Source of the DNA: an uncultured Lachnospira sp.
GTDB lineage: Bacteria; Bacillota; Clostridia; Lachnospirales; Lachnospiraceae
Direction: 5' to 3'
NCBI GenBank assembly: GCA_910585095.1
Contig: CAJUBU010000002.1
Coordinates: 76,622 to 140,621 of the forward strand
DNA length: 64,000 bases
Below are positions 39,778 to 49,202 of this stretch, piece after piece. A program made the translations under genes and the position numbers. The notes below the pieces were generated by a model. The model was given only the letters and a program-made list of their open reading frames with translations. It was not told the DNA's origin and did no database searches. Numbering within the stretch: the stretch's first letter is position 1; every line of letters begins with the position of its first letter.

Positions 39778-41703
39778 TTATTGTTCCTTAAATATATACT
39801 CTTTGGTTACAGAAACATAAAACCTCGAATTTCCTCTATATATAATATTCTCATTATCTACTGTCCACAATCCATCTTCCAACTTATATGGAATATTTGT
39901 TTTTAATAGATAACTTCCACTTGTATAAACCTTTTGAGTACTCATCTTTCCATCAAGTACATCGGACATTATATATATATCAGAATCTTTCAATGACCTT
40001 GTATCTTTCCAACGTATCTGCCTATTGGACAAATCTTTCATCTGGCTTCCAGTCATATTAATACTACTTGCCCAAGAAGTCCATTCACTCGTTGTTCCAT
40101 CATCATATATCACTCTTGTGCTAATCTGATAATTTGCAGGTGCAATGATTGTTACAATTCCTACATAATTTCCATTAGGTAATTTTATACCAACAACATA
40201 CAAAGGTTTTTCTGGCAATTCAATATAATCTGAATGATTATTATCTTCTTCACCATCTTCAGCTATCCATTGAATTGTTAAATCAGAATTTACCAAAGCA
40301 TCAAAATCATATTTCCAATACCCTTTTTCTGTTGGCTGCAATGCAGGCTTACAAACCTGTTCATTTTCTAACACCTTACTTGTGCTAAACACATTATTAT
40401 TATATACAAACTGAACAATATACGTATGTTGTTCTGGCTGTGTTGGTACCTCTGGCTTAGTTGGCACTTCTGGCTGCGTTGGTGTCTCTGGTTTAGTTGG
40501 CACTTCTGGCTGCGTTGGTGTCTCTGGTTTAGTTGGTTCTTCTGGCTGCGTTGGTGTCTCTGGTCTAGTTGGCACTTCTGGCTGTGTTGGTACCTCTGGT
40601 TTAGTTGGTTCTTCTGGCTGTGTCGGTGATTCTGGCTTGGTTGGCTTTTCTGATTCTGTTGGTTTCTCAGCCTGTGTTGGTTTTTCCACATTGGTTGGCT
40701 TCTCTATTTGGGTTGGTTTTTCTGGCTGTACTGATGGACTCTCCCCTGTGGTTGGTTCATAAACGGATTGAGTATCATTATTTGCTTTCCAAACTGTTGT
40801 TTGATTATTGTAACTAGGCTGTACATTGATTATATTGTCATCAATAACTACTTTTGTTTCTTGTCTCACAATTGTATTTTCTTTTATCTCAGACTCTTTG
40901 TTGGTATCAACAGTTTCATTTTTCTTCTCAGCCATTGCAATAGCATTCTTTTCCTTAATAACTTTTTCCAGCTCACTCTTGTCAATTGAAAAGTTTTTAT
41001 TCTTTTCATTTGCCAATATCCTATTTAAAAATTGCAATGCATCTAAATTAAGATTTTTATAATTGACTGTTCCATTAATGAACTCGTAATTTGCAGTTCC
41101 TTTTGTTCCGTCAACCTGTATGGAATCACCTTTTGTTACCATTACAATTTCTTCATTCATGGTTCCATCTGGATTTTTTAATTGACAGGCAACGGTTCCT
41201 TCCATAACCTCTAATATCGTGTGAGGTGTGCCATCCTTATCATAATTTACTTCCATTCTAAATGTTGTACCTCTTACAGCCATTGTAGAATTTGGTGTAT
41301 TGACTTCATAGCTTGAATTTTCTCCAAGTTTATTTTGTAAATTATTGATAATAGCACCTTTTTTTAATTCAATAATCGTTTTACTATCTTGACTATTGCC
41401 TGAAGCTACCAGCTGAATCTGTGTATCTGCCTCAAGCAAAGCATATTTATCATTATCCAGCTTTAACTGCATAGAACCGTCTTTTGACACACTCACTTCA
41501 TCATTGTTTTGTAGCTGCATATTATTGTATGCTTCAAGGGTTTGATTATTGTTTCTTTTTACGCTTGCCGTTCCATTTAATTCATACACTTGAATCTGTC
41601 TATATACCTCTTTCTTATTCAGGAAAATAAACAGAACAGCAACAATAGCAACAAGGCTTGCTACCACCGTAGTGGCAATCAAAGCTACTTTTTTCTTATC
41701 CAT
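39778..41703 (-). CDS. Membrane-anchored FecR-domain protein with a Pro/Thr/Glu-rich repeat linker and a C-terminal beta-rich domain
   Basis: N-terminal TM anchor. FecR-like block (...TPNSTMAVRGTTFRMEV). About 100 aa of (E/K)PT repeats. The C-terminal region starts with a Listeria/Bacteroides-repeat-like motif (YIVQFVYNNN...PTEKGYWKYDF). An AAAGGAG RBS is present. Confidence 0.6.
   Translation of the reverse strand: MDKKKVALIATTVVASLVAIVAVLFIFLNKKEVYRQIQVYELNGTASVKRNNNQTLEAYNNMQLQNNDEVSVSKDGSMQLKLDNDKYALLEADTQIQLVASGNSQDSKTIIELKKGAIINNLQNKLGENSSYEVNTPNSTMAVRGTTFRMEVNYDKDGTPHTILEVMEGTVACQLKNPDGTMNEEIVMVTKGDSIQVDGTKGTANYEFINGTVNYKNLNLDALQFLNRILANEKNKNFSIDKSELEKVIKEKNAIAMAEKKNETVDTNKESEIKENTIVRQETKVVIDDNIINVQPSYNNQTTVWKANNDTQSVYEPTTGESPSVQPEKPTQIEKPTNVEKPTQAEKPTESEKPTKPESPTQPEEPTKPEVPTQPEVPTRPETPTQPEEPTKPETPTQPEVPTKPETPTQPEVPTKPEVPTQPEQHTYIVQFVYNNNVFSTSKVLENEQVCKPALQPTEKGYWKYDFDALVNSDLTIQWIAEDGEEDNNHSDYIELPEKPLYVVGIKLPNGNYVGIVTIIAPANYQISTRVIYDDGTTSEWTSWASSINMTGSQMKDLSNRQIRWKDTRSLKDSDIYIMSDVLDGKMSTQKVYTSGSYLLKTNIPYKLEDGLWTVDNENIIYRGNSRFYVSVTKEYIFKEQ
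40430..40740. repeat. Tandem 36-bp (12-codon) and 18-bp repeats encoding the PTQPE(E/V)PTKPE(V/T) linker
   Basis: Near-identical units GGCACTTCTGGCTGCGTTGGTGTCTCTGGTTTAGTT are repeated head to tail on the plus strand and lie in frame within the 39778-41703 CDS. Confidence 0.85.
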
Positions 41704-41729
41704 GTTTTACATCTCCTTTCATATATTTT

Positions 41730-43196
41730 TTAAAGCAACGTCTGCTCTTTAACCGCCTGTTCCAACCACAATACTAGGCGTTCTTCAAGCTTCCCTTCTT
41801 GTGCCATCTTCTTTAAAATTCCAAAAGCAGTCTCTTTTGAAAATGGTTCTTTATATGGTCTATCACTACAAGTCAATGCATCGTATACATCAACCACTGC
41901 AAGTATTCTTGTTTCTAACTCCAACTGGTTGCCAGACAAATGATTCGGATAACCGCTTCCATCTAAAAATTCATGGTGCGATGCAGCAAATCTTGCAACA
42001 TTAGAATAATGCGAATTAAAATGAACCCTATCAAGAATCCTTTTTGTCACTACAACATGCTCGCGCATCTGCCTTCGCTCATCTGGCGTTAATGTACCAC
42101 TTTGTACATGTAAACATTCTTGTTCCCTTTCTGTAAGCCAAGGGATTATTTCACCACTATCTGTAACATAAACTACTTTAGCTATTTCATCAACTCTTTT
42201 TATTACATCTTCTGTAATATATTCATATGTATCTGTCTGATGTATAAATTCAAGATTATCATCCATTTGTTTAATAATATTCTCAAATTCTTCTTTTGTA
42301 ATTTTTCCTTTAATCATATCCAGTTCATAATATACTTTTAACAGCTTATATCGCTGCTCTAACTTGTCTATATCCTTATCCAAACGAGATTTTTTATTCA
42401 TAATATCAAGCGGTACAACCATCTTTCCAATATCATGCAAAGAAGCTGCCAATTCAAGCTGTTCCATTCTATTCTCATCAAAATATTCATCACACTCACC
42501 CTCACTGTTCTTTTTATTAATATATTTGGCAAGTACATGAGCATATATGGTTACATTTCGCGTATGACAGCCATTATAAGGGGTTATCTCATCAACAGCC
42601 GTTGCAAATGCTGCCACAAAAGAGTGCATTTGCTGCCTGATTTCTTCTGTATACATCATATTTGAAACGGCAACACCTGCCTGTGAACCAAGTGATGTGA
42701 GCATAAATTCAGAATCTTCATTAAAGGTAATAACATTTCCATTTTTATCTAAAGCATTAATCAGCTGAAGCACACCCACCAATTCGGAATCCATATTCAT
42801 CATTGGTATAACTAACATAGATTCTGTGTGATATCCTGTCATAGAATCGTAATTTCTTGGTCCTGAAAAATCAAATCGTTCACTGTTATACACATTTGGA
42901 ATATTGACAAGCTCCTGATAAATAGCCGCATAAGCACACACATTTTCCTTTTTCAGCGGTACTGGCGGAAGATTAATTTTTTCTCCGTTTACTCCCTGAT
43001 TAACATTCATCGATATTGTTTTCATAATCTTAAAATTAAGACTATTATCCTGATACAGATACAAAGTACCCGCGTCACAGTTAGAAATCTTCATAGCTTT
43101 CACTAATATCATCTCTAACAGCTTATTTTTATCCTTTTCTGTTGTCAATTCAATACCCATATTGATAATATCTTTCAGGTCTTTACTACTTAGCAT
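41730..43196 (-). CDS. GAF domain / HD-GYP domain phosphodiesterase
   Basis: N-terminal GAF-like domain. HD-GYP motifs LHDIGK and HHEFLDGSGYP. A GGGGGAAGG RBS is present. Confidence 0.85.
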   Translation of the reverse strand: MLSSKDLKDIINMGIELTTEKDKNKLLEMILVKAMKISNCDAGTLYLYQDNSLNFKIMKTISMNVNQGVNGEKINLPPVPLKKENVCAYAAIYQELVNIPNVYNSERFDFSGPRNYDSMTGYHTESMLVIPMMNMDSELVGVLQLINALDKNGNVITFNEDSEFMLTSLGSQAGVAVSNMMYTEEIRQQMHSFVAAFATAVDEITPYNGCHTRNVTIYAHVLAKYINKKNSEGECDEYFDENRMEQLELAASLHDIGKMVVPLDIMNKKSRLDKDIDKLEQRYKLLKVYYELDMIKGKITKEEFENIIKQMDDNLEFIHQTDTYEYITEDVIKRVDEIAKVVYVTDSGEIIPWLTEREQECLHVQSGTLTPDERRQMREHVVVTKRILDRVHFNSHYSNVARFAASHHEFLDGSGYPNHLSGNQLELETRILAVVDVYDALTCSDRPYKEPFSKETAFGILKKMAQEGKLEERLVLWLEQAVKEQTLL

Positions 43197-43208
43197 TATC
43201 CTTCCCCC

Positions 43209-44003
43209 TTATGAAAGATTTTTGTTCAATGGATAAATTTTTTCCTTTTTCATGTACTCAAGAGAATATTCCTGTTTTTCAAAAGAATGAATTTCAATCA
43301 ATACAGAACTCTCTATATGATACTTCATCATTAAATCACTAAAATGCTTCCAGTCAATACTGCCATCTCCTATTGTTTGATGTAAATCTTTTTTTAAATC
43401 ATTATCATTAATGTGCATATGCTTAATATATGGAGCAATACGAGCTGTCCAATTATCCACATCGCCGCCAAACACGCAAGCATGCGCATAATCATAACAC
43501 AACCCAAATCTTGAATGTTCCTTCATATGTTCTGCCAATGCAACAATAGCATCGGGTGTTTGGTCAAACATATTTTCTACAAATATATTTAAGTTTGGAT
43601 ATTCTTTTAATAGCATACTCCAAAAATCTTCATTTTCTTTCAGCCATTGATTGTAATAATAATCTTGTGTGAAATTAGGTATAATATTGGTGTGGAATAC
43701 AACTCCTCTGATTCCTAACTTGTTTGCAATATCCATAGACTGTCTTATTCTTTTCATGGATATTTCTCGAATAAGAGAATCACTACTGTGAATTGTCACA
43801 TCTAAAAATGCGCCATGCATTGTATCAAATGTTCTATCTCTGTCAAGCGATTTGTAAAAATCAATTCTTTGCTGGACTATCTCTTGGTCATCTAGTACAT
43901 CTGGTAAAAAAAAATCATTGTACTCAAAATAGGCATTCCATTTTTTTGCAATAGAAAGACTTTTTTCAATATTTTCTCTGTCTGGAATAATATATACGCT
44001 CAT
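43209..44003 (-). CDS. Xylose-isomerase-like TIM-barrel protein (sugar phosphate isomerase/epimerase family)
   Basis: Pattern typical of the AP endonuclease 2/xylose isomerase-like fold (VVFHTN, FVENM, CYDYAHA, HINDN). ATG at 44003. Confidence 0.7.
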   Translation of the reverse strand: MSVYIIPDRENIEKSLSIAKKWNAYFEYNDFFLPDVLDDQEIVQQRIDFYKSLDRDRTFDTMHGAFLDVTIHSSDSLIREISMKRIRQSMDIANKLGIRGVVFHTNIIPNFTQDYYYNQWLKENEDFWSMLLKEYPNLNIFVENMFDQTPDAIVALAEHMKEHSRFGLCYDYAHACVFGGDVDNWTARIAPYIKHMHINDNDLKKDLHQTIGDGSIDWKHFSDLMMKYHIESSVLIEIHSFEKQEYSLEYMKKEKIYPLNKNLS

Positions 44004-44044
44004 TATTTCTAGTTCCTTTTCTATCTTAATCTGCATTATAACTA

Positions 44045-44090
44045 AACGGATATTAGCAATCTGCTTTGATTTGTTTATATCTTTATTGCT
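44045..44090. repeat. Dispersed intergenic repeat, copy 5 (degenerate 3' half)
   Basis: AAACGGATATTAGCAATCTGCTTTGATTTGTTTATATCTTTATTGC. The first 15 nt or so match copies 1 and 4 closely, and the remainder matches loosely. Confidence 0.35.
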
Positions 44091-44145
44091 GCTGTGCAGC
44101 ATTTTATATATGGTATTATTTTATATATGTTATCTAACATTTTAA

Positions 44146-45942
44146 CTATAAAACTTCATCTACAGAATATACAAACACACCATTACTTTTGCCTTTCAAA
44201 GGAATAATGCCAACTTCGGTCACTTGAACACGCTCTTTTACCTGCTCATAGACATCTTGACTGATAAGGATTTGTCCTGGTTTTGCATTGCTTTCTAATC
44301 TTGCAGCAGTGTTTACAGTATCGCCAATTGCTGTATAATCCATACGAGCCTCACACCCAATATTTCCCACGACTGCATTGCCACAGTTTACACCAATACC
44401 AAAACTTATTGTTTTGCCAAAACGTTTTTGGAGCTTTTCCTGCAATTCGGCACTTCCTGCTGCAATATCCCTTGCAGTACATACCGCCTTGTATATATAA
44501 TCCTCTAAATCAAATGGTGCATTAAACACTGCCATTGTTGCATCACCAATAAATTTGTCAAGTGTTCCGCCATTTTTAAATATAGAATCTGTCGTAAGAT
44601 TCAAATACTCATTTAAAATCCCTACAACTTCCTCTGGCTGCAATGATTCAGACATTGGCGTAAAACCGCGTATATCAACAAACAACACAGCTATATGGCG
44701 ATTTTCTCCGCCTAAGGCAATCTGGAAATCTCCTTTTTTTGAAATTTCCTCCACAACTTGTGGTGCAACATATTTTTTAAATGCAGATAAAACTTTTCTT
44801 TTATGAAGCACCTCTGCCAAATATTCATATATTAAGTGTACCACGTATGTTAATAACAGAACAATAGGCAATTCTACAATATTTATAATAAAGCCGTTTA
44901 AGTATAAAACTTTGCCCACAGCAACATCAAAAACAATCAGAGCCAGCAATAAAATAATACTGTAACGAATCTTTAATTTTCGGATTAAAAAATAAAATCC
45001 TACAACAATAACTGTACATATTAATGCGTAAAGCGCGCTATTAACTGGAAGTGCTGTTTTTCCTTCCATAACAGCCTCAAGTATATTGGCATGAATTTCT
45101 ACCCCGTACATCTGTGCGCCTTTTTGGACAGCTACATTGTAGGCATCCTGAAGTCCTGGTGCATATACGCCAACCAGAACAATTCGGTCAGCAAACGCCC
45201 TGACATCAACTTTTCCCTGCATAACATCAAGCATAGAAACAATTTCATAAGCGCCGCTTTTTCCTGTAAATGTAAAGCCAAAAATACCATTGGCATCGGT
45301 GTCTGGCATCTGCACTGCAATTCCCCTGCTCTCACAGTAATGCCTGTAAGCACAGATTGCTAAGGAAGGGATTTCTTCTCCCTTATAGTCCGCTTTTGTC
45401 AACGCATAACGAATATATCCATCGGTATCTTGTATCGTGTTTGCAAAGCCATAATCTGTTACTTGCTTTAATGCCTCATATGGAAACTCCACTGTCTCCA
45501 CATGGTTACTATCCACATAAAGACCATTGGAACCTTGCGTTACTTTTGTTTTCCTTACCACGTCAACGGCAGTGATAACGTTGCCTGCCTTCTTACAGGC
45601 ATCGGCAAATTCTTTATCATCTGCATCATTTGTTGTGCCTGCATATATAATATCCATAACAATAGCTGAAGGCGCCGACTGCTCATTTTGATTTAACATT
45701 TCAATAAGCTGTGCATATCGGCTTCGACTCCATGTTTCAATCTTTCCATATTCTTGCAACGTTTTTTCGTCGATTGCAATGATTGCAATATCTTTATTGG
45801 CTGTTGTCGGCGTTTGATAACACATATCTGAAAATATCTTATCAAACGAATACAAAATCTGCGACCAACATAACAAAAATGTCAATAAAGCAATAATAAC
45901 AGGAATGATATATTTCCATATAAGTTTTCTTGTATTTTTCAT
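44146..45942 (-). CDS. CHASE2-sensor class III adenylate cyclase
   Basis: An N-terminal TM and a periplasmic CHASE2-like domain (IAIIAIDEKTLQEYG...WSRSRYAQLI), followed by three TM helices. Cyclase domain (VLFVDIRGFT, LDKFIGDATMAVF, DYTAIGDTVNTAARLES). A GGAGA RBS is present. Confidence 0.85.
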   Translation of the reverse strand: MKNTRKLIWKYIIPVIIALLTFLLCWSQILYSFDKIFSDMCYQTPTTANKDIAIIAIDEKTLQEYGKIETWSRSRYAQLIEMLNQNEQSAPSAIVMDIIYAGTTNDADDKEFADACKKAGNVITAVDVVRKTKVTQGSNGLYVDSNHVETVEFPYEALKQVTDYGFANTIQDTDGYIRYALTKADYKGEEIPSLAICAYRHYCESRGIAVQMPDTDANGIFGFTFTGKSGAYEIVSMLDVMQGKVDVRAFADRIVLVGVYAPGLQDAYNVAVQKGAQMYGVEIHANILEAVMEGKTALPVNSALYALICTVIVVGFYFLIRKLKIRYSIILLLALIVFDVAVGKVLYLNGFIINIVELPIVLLLTYVVHLIYEYLAEVLHKRKVLSAFKKYVAPQVVEEISKKGDFQIALGGENRHIAVLFVDIRGFTPMSESLQPEEVVGILNEYLNLTTDSIFKNGGTLDKFIGDATMAVFNAPFDLEDYIYKAVCTARDIAAGSAELQEKLQKRFGKTISFGIGVNCGNAVVGNIGCEARMDYTAIGDTVNTAARLESNAKPGQILISQDVYEQVKERVQVTEVGIIPLKGKSNGVFVYSVDEVL

Positions 45943-46133
45943 TGCTTTTTTCTCCAAAACTTTATAAGTACTATAAAAATTAAATATAATATTCAACTTA
46001 TAACTTAAAAATAAATCTTAATATTCTCTACAAAATAATCAGTTTACATAGTTTATATATATATCGGCAATTTCTTTTAAAAACATAGCGAAAATTGCTA
46101 TAAAATAACAATTTTACTATAACAATGAAACTG

Positions 46134-46802
46134 CTATAACCATTCTTTAAAATTGGAATCTAAACTATTGAACTGAAAATCCTTTAACGCATGATCCAAT
46201 GCTTTTGTAATAGTCTCCGACTGTTTAGCAAGCTTTTCCAATTCCATATAATCATAATCCAACGAAGTTATAAATATCACTCGAACTGCTTTTACAGCCC
46301 TATGAACACCATACTGTTTTATATAGGCAGCACCTATCTTACTAAAATTCAATCCTTTTCGGACAGCTTCCTTACTGACACGCACCTGTTCTCTATAACT
46401 ATTCACCGATATCCTTGTCATAAAACCATACGGATGCACATGATATTTACTGTGCTGTATACATTTAATAGAGTCATAAATTGTGTCGTCTAAAAGAATC
46501 TCATCTTCATCAACCAGCAGTTGAATAATTCGAGCATAAGGCGTATCTTCTTTTATTTGACCAATATCTTTCCCTATAAGAAGAATCTCATTCTCTTTTA
46601 CTAACGAACAGTCCGTAGTCATCATTTGAACAGAGATGGACGGCATAGATGCTGCACCTAACTCATATGCCATATCAGGCATAAAAACAATACTGTCACT
46701 GTCGTTATCCGGCCAACTATTCATATGAATATGCAATGTTTGCGTATAAGAACATTCTATACTTTTATTTAATTTTTTTATTATTTCATCATATATCTTC
46801 AA
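46134..46802 (-). CDS. Hypothetical protein, 222 aa, no recognisable motif
   Basis: Clean ORF with non-repetitive composition, standing alone between flanking operons. I cannot assign a family by eye. Confidence 0.5.
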   Translation of the reverse strand: MKIYDEIIKKLNKSIECSYTQTLHIHMNSWPDNDSDSIVFMPDMAYELGAASMPSISVQMMTTDCSLVKENEILLIGKDIGQIKEDTPYARIIQLLVDEDEILLDDTIYDSIKCIQHSKYHVHPYGFMTRISVNSYREQVRVSKEAVRKGLNFSKIGAAYIKQYGVHRAVKAVRVIFITSLDYDYMELEKLAKQSETITKALDHALKDFQFNSLDSNFKEWL

Positions 46803-46946
46803 ATTATAATCTCTTTTTCTTTTTTATTAATAAAAAATTATACTCCTATCCAGAAAAATCAGCAACTATAAGATGAATTACATTTTAACCTTATCTTGCA
46901 CATATCTGCTTTATTATTCCAACTATGTAAAATAATAATTTTTTTA

Positions 46947-46975
46947 TTGACAAATGTTATATGGTGTTATATATT
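46947..46975 (+). promoter_or_regulatory. Sigma-A type promoter with overlapping repeat/palindrome (probable GntR autoregulatory operator)
   Basis: TTGACA (46947-46952), a 17-nt spacer, then TATATT (46970-46975). GTTATAT is directly repeated, and TGTTATA...TATAACA is inverted across the -10 region. Confidence 0.5.
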
Positions 46976-46999
46976 ATGTATAACAGTTGAGGAGGTACT

Positions 47000-47380
47000 A
47001 TGAAAATTATTATTAGCAACAGCAGCTCCACTCCTATTTATGAACAGATTAAAAATGCAATCATAAGTCAAATTATGAATGGAGAGCTCAAGGAAGATGA
47101 AAATATACCTTCTATCCGCTCATTAGCACAAGATATACGAATCAGCGTTATGACTATCAAAAAAGCTTATGATGAGCTTGAACAAGAAGGATATATTATA
47201 ACAAGGCAGGGAAAGGGAAGTTTTGTAGCACCAAAAAACACCGAGCTTGCAAAAGAACAGGCAAAAAAAGATATTGAAAAACATATATCGCAAATTATAA
47301 TGATAGCCAATAAATTTGACATCAGCAATAAAGACATATTGGATTTATTTAAATTTTTAATGGAGGATATGACAACATGA
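47000..47380 (+). CDS. GntR-family (YtrA-subfamily) transcriptional regulator
   Basis: 126 aa. Winged HTH IPSIRSLAQDIRISVMTIKKAYDELEQEGYIITRQGKGSFV with a short C-terminal helix pair. A GAGGAGG RBS is present. Confidence 0.85.
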   Translation: MKIIISNSSSTPIYEQIKNAIISQIMNGELKEDENIPSIRSLAQDIRISVMTIKKAYDELEQEGYIITRQGKGSFVAPKNTELAKEQAKKDIEKHISQIIMIANKFDISNKDILDLFKFLMEDMTT

Positions 47381-48243
47381 ACAATGCAATAGAAATTAAT
47401 CATTTAATTAAAAAATACGATTCCAAATTTCAATTGGGAGAAATTAATTTAAAAATGCCCAGTGGTACAATTATCGGCTTAATTGGTGAAAATGGAGCAG
47501 GCAAAACAACACTTATCAAATCCATTTTAAATATTCTTCATATTGATAAAGGCAGTATTAAAATTTTTGACAAAGACTATCAAAAAGAAGAGAGCTTAAT
47601 TAAAGAAGATATTGGCGTTGTTTTAGATGATATCTTTCTTCCAGAAATCTTAAATGTAAAAGATATTGATTCCATTATGAAAGATATTTATAAAAATTGG
47701 GATTCCGATTTATATTTTAAATATTTAAAAGATTTTGAAATACCTACAAACAAACAGATAAAAAAGTTGTCAAAAGGTATGAGAAAAAAATTTGAGATAG
47801 CAACTGCCCTGTCCCATCACCCTAAATTATTAATACTCGATGAGCCAACCAGCGGATTAGACCCTGTTGTCCGAAATGAAGTATTAGATATCTTTTTAAA
47901 ATTTATTTCGGATGAAGAACACACCATCCTTTTATCAACACATATTACAAGTGATTTAGAACATATTGCAGACAATATTATTTTTATCGACAATGGTCAA
48001 ATTATTTTAGAGGACACAAGAGATACTATTATGGACACCTACGGCATTTTAAAATGCGATATTGACTATTTTAGAAATATTGATAAAGAAGATATCATTT
48101 CTTACAAAAAAAATAAATATGATTATCATATTTTAGTTAAAAATATGAATCAAATCACAAAAAAATATAGTAACTGCATCATTGATAAAATCACCCTTGA
48201 GGATTTAATGGTGCTTATGATAAAGGGGGAAAAATCATGTTAG
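47377..48243 (+). CDS. ABC transporter ATP-binding protein
   Basis: Walker A GENGAGKTT, signature LSKGMRKK, Walker B LILDEPTSGLD. Has a 4-nt overlap with the GntR gene. Confidence 0.9.
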   Translation: MNNAIEINHLIKKYDSKFQLGEINLKMPSGTIIGLIGENGAGKTTLIKSILNILHIDKGSIKIFDKDYQKEESLIKEDIGVVLDDIFLPEILNVKDIDSIMKDIYKNWDSDLYFKYLKDFEIPTNKQIKKLSKGMRKKFEIATALSHHPKLLILDEPTSGLDPVVRNEVLDIFLKFISDEEHTILLSTHITSDLEHIADNIIFIDNGQIILEDTRDTIMDTYGILKCDIDYFRNIDKEDIISYKKNKYDYHILVKNMNQITKKYSNCIIDKITLEDLMVLMIKGEKSC

Positions 48244-48869
48244 GATTAATTAAAAAAGATTTGTTTATGGCAAAAAGCAACTTTAAAACATTAGCAATTA
48301 TATTTGTTGTATTTACATTTACCGCAATCAACGGAAATGAAAACTTTGTTTTTATTCCTGCTTTTATGAGCGTTATGATAATGATGTCAACATTTAGCTA
48401 TGATGAATATAATAAAACCGATGCTTTTATATCAACGCTTCCAAATGGCAAAAAAAATGCAATCAAATCAAAATATGCAGCAACGCTATTTATTACTTTA
48501 ATATCCGTTCTATTAACGTTTATTATTTGCGTTGTTGTTGGATATGCAAAAAATAGTTTAAATATGGAATATATTATAGCAACGACTTTAGGCTGCTGCG
48601 TAGGGGTTATATTGTTACAGTCTATTATTTATCCATTTATTTTTAAATATGGAATAGAAAAAAGCAGAATCGGAATATTTGTAGGGATATTTGCAATTAC
48701 AGGCATTGCTGCATTTCTGGCGAAAAGCGGATATACAATAACGATTCCTCAAAATATCCTCACCTTGCTTAATAATTACTGGATGATAATGATACCGCTT
48801 ATTACCATCATCATATTATTTCTTTCATATAAAATATCAGAGCATTTATATTGTAAAAAGGAATTTTAA
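48237..48869 (+). CDS. ABC-2 type membrane permease
   Basis: Six predicted TM helices, and overlaps the ATPase gene end. This matches the standard YtrA-type regulator / ATPase / ABC-2 permease module. Confidence 0.7.
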   Translation: MLGLIKKDLFMAKSNFKTLAIIFVVFTFTAINGNENFVFIPAFMSVMIMMSTFSYDEYNKTDAFISTLPNGKKNAIKSKYAATLFITLISVLLTFIICVVVGYAKNSLNMEYIIATTLGCCVGVILLQSIIYPFIFKYGIEKSRIGIFVGIFAITGIAAFLAKSGYTITIPQNILTLLNNYWMIMIPLITIIILFLSYKISEHLYCKKEF

Positions 48870-48945
48870 TTGTAAGAAATTATAGTATATATAGTAACTG
48901 TAATAAAACCTGCTTTTCTCCAAATTAAATAGGAACTGCCACACT

Positions 48946-49010
48946 GATATGCTCCCTCCTAAGTGACAAGCTTTTATTATTTCACTTGTCTACCTAGATG
49001 GGAGCATATC
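48946..49010. terminator. Long imperfect palindrome between convergent genes (possible bidirectional terminator)
   Basis: GATATGCTCCC (48946-48956) pairs perfectly with GGGAGCATATC (49000-49010). Inner partial pairing is GTGACAAG / CTTGTC-AC. A/T-rich flanks on both sides. Confidence 0.35.
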
Positions 49011-49202
49011 AAATCCATCAGCAGAAAAACTTTTTATTTTTTCAATTGTCTATTTGACGGAAAGCAGTTTATTTTTGTTTTAATTTCGTATTTTTTTCAG
49101 CACATTACTTTTCATTTTTACAATTACATATCATACAGCTATTTTTATCATATATGTTATATAACAAAATTACTACTATCGCAATATTTACAGTAAACAT
49201 TA

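Noticed and set aside
40430-40740. Regular short repeats that might look like a CRISPR array
   Set aside because: The units are contiguous with no unique spacers. They are in frame within a long ORF and translate to a Pro/Thr/Glu linker. No cas genes are present in the window.
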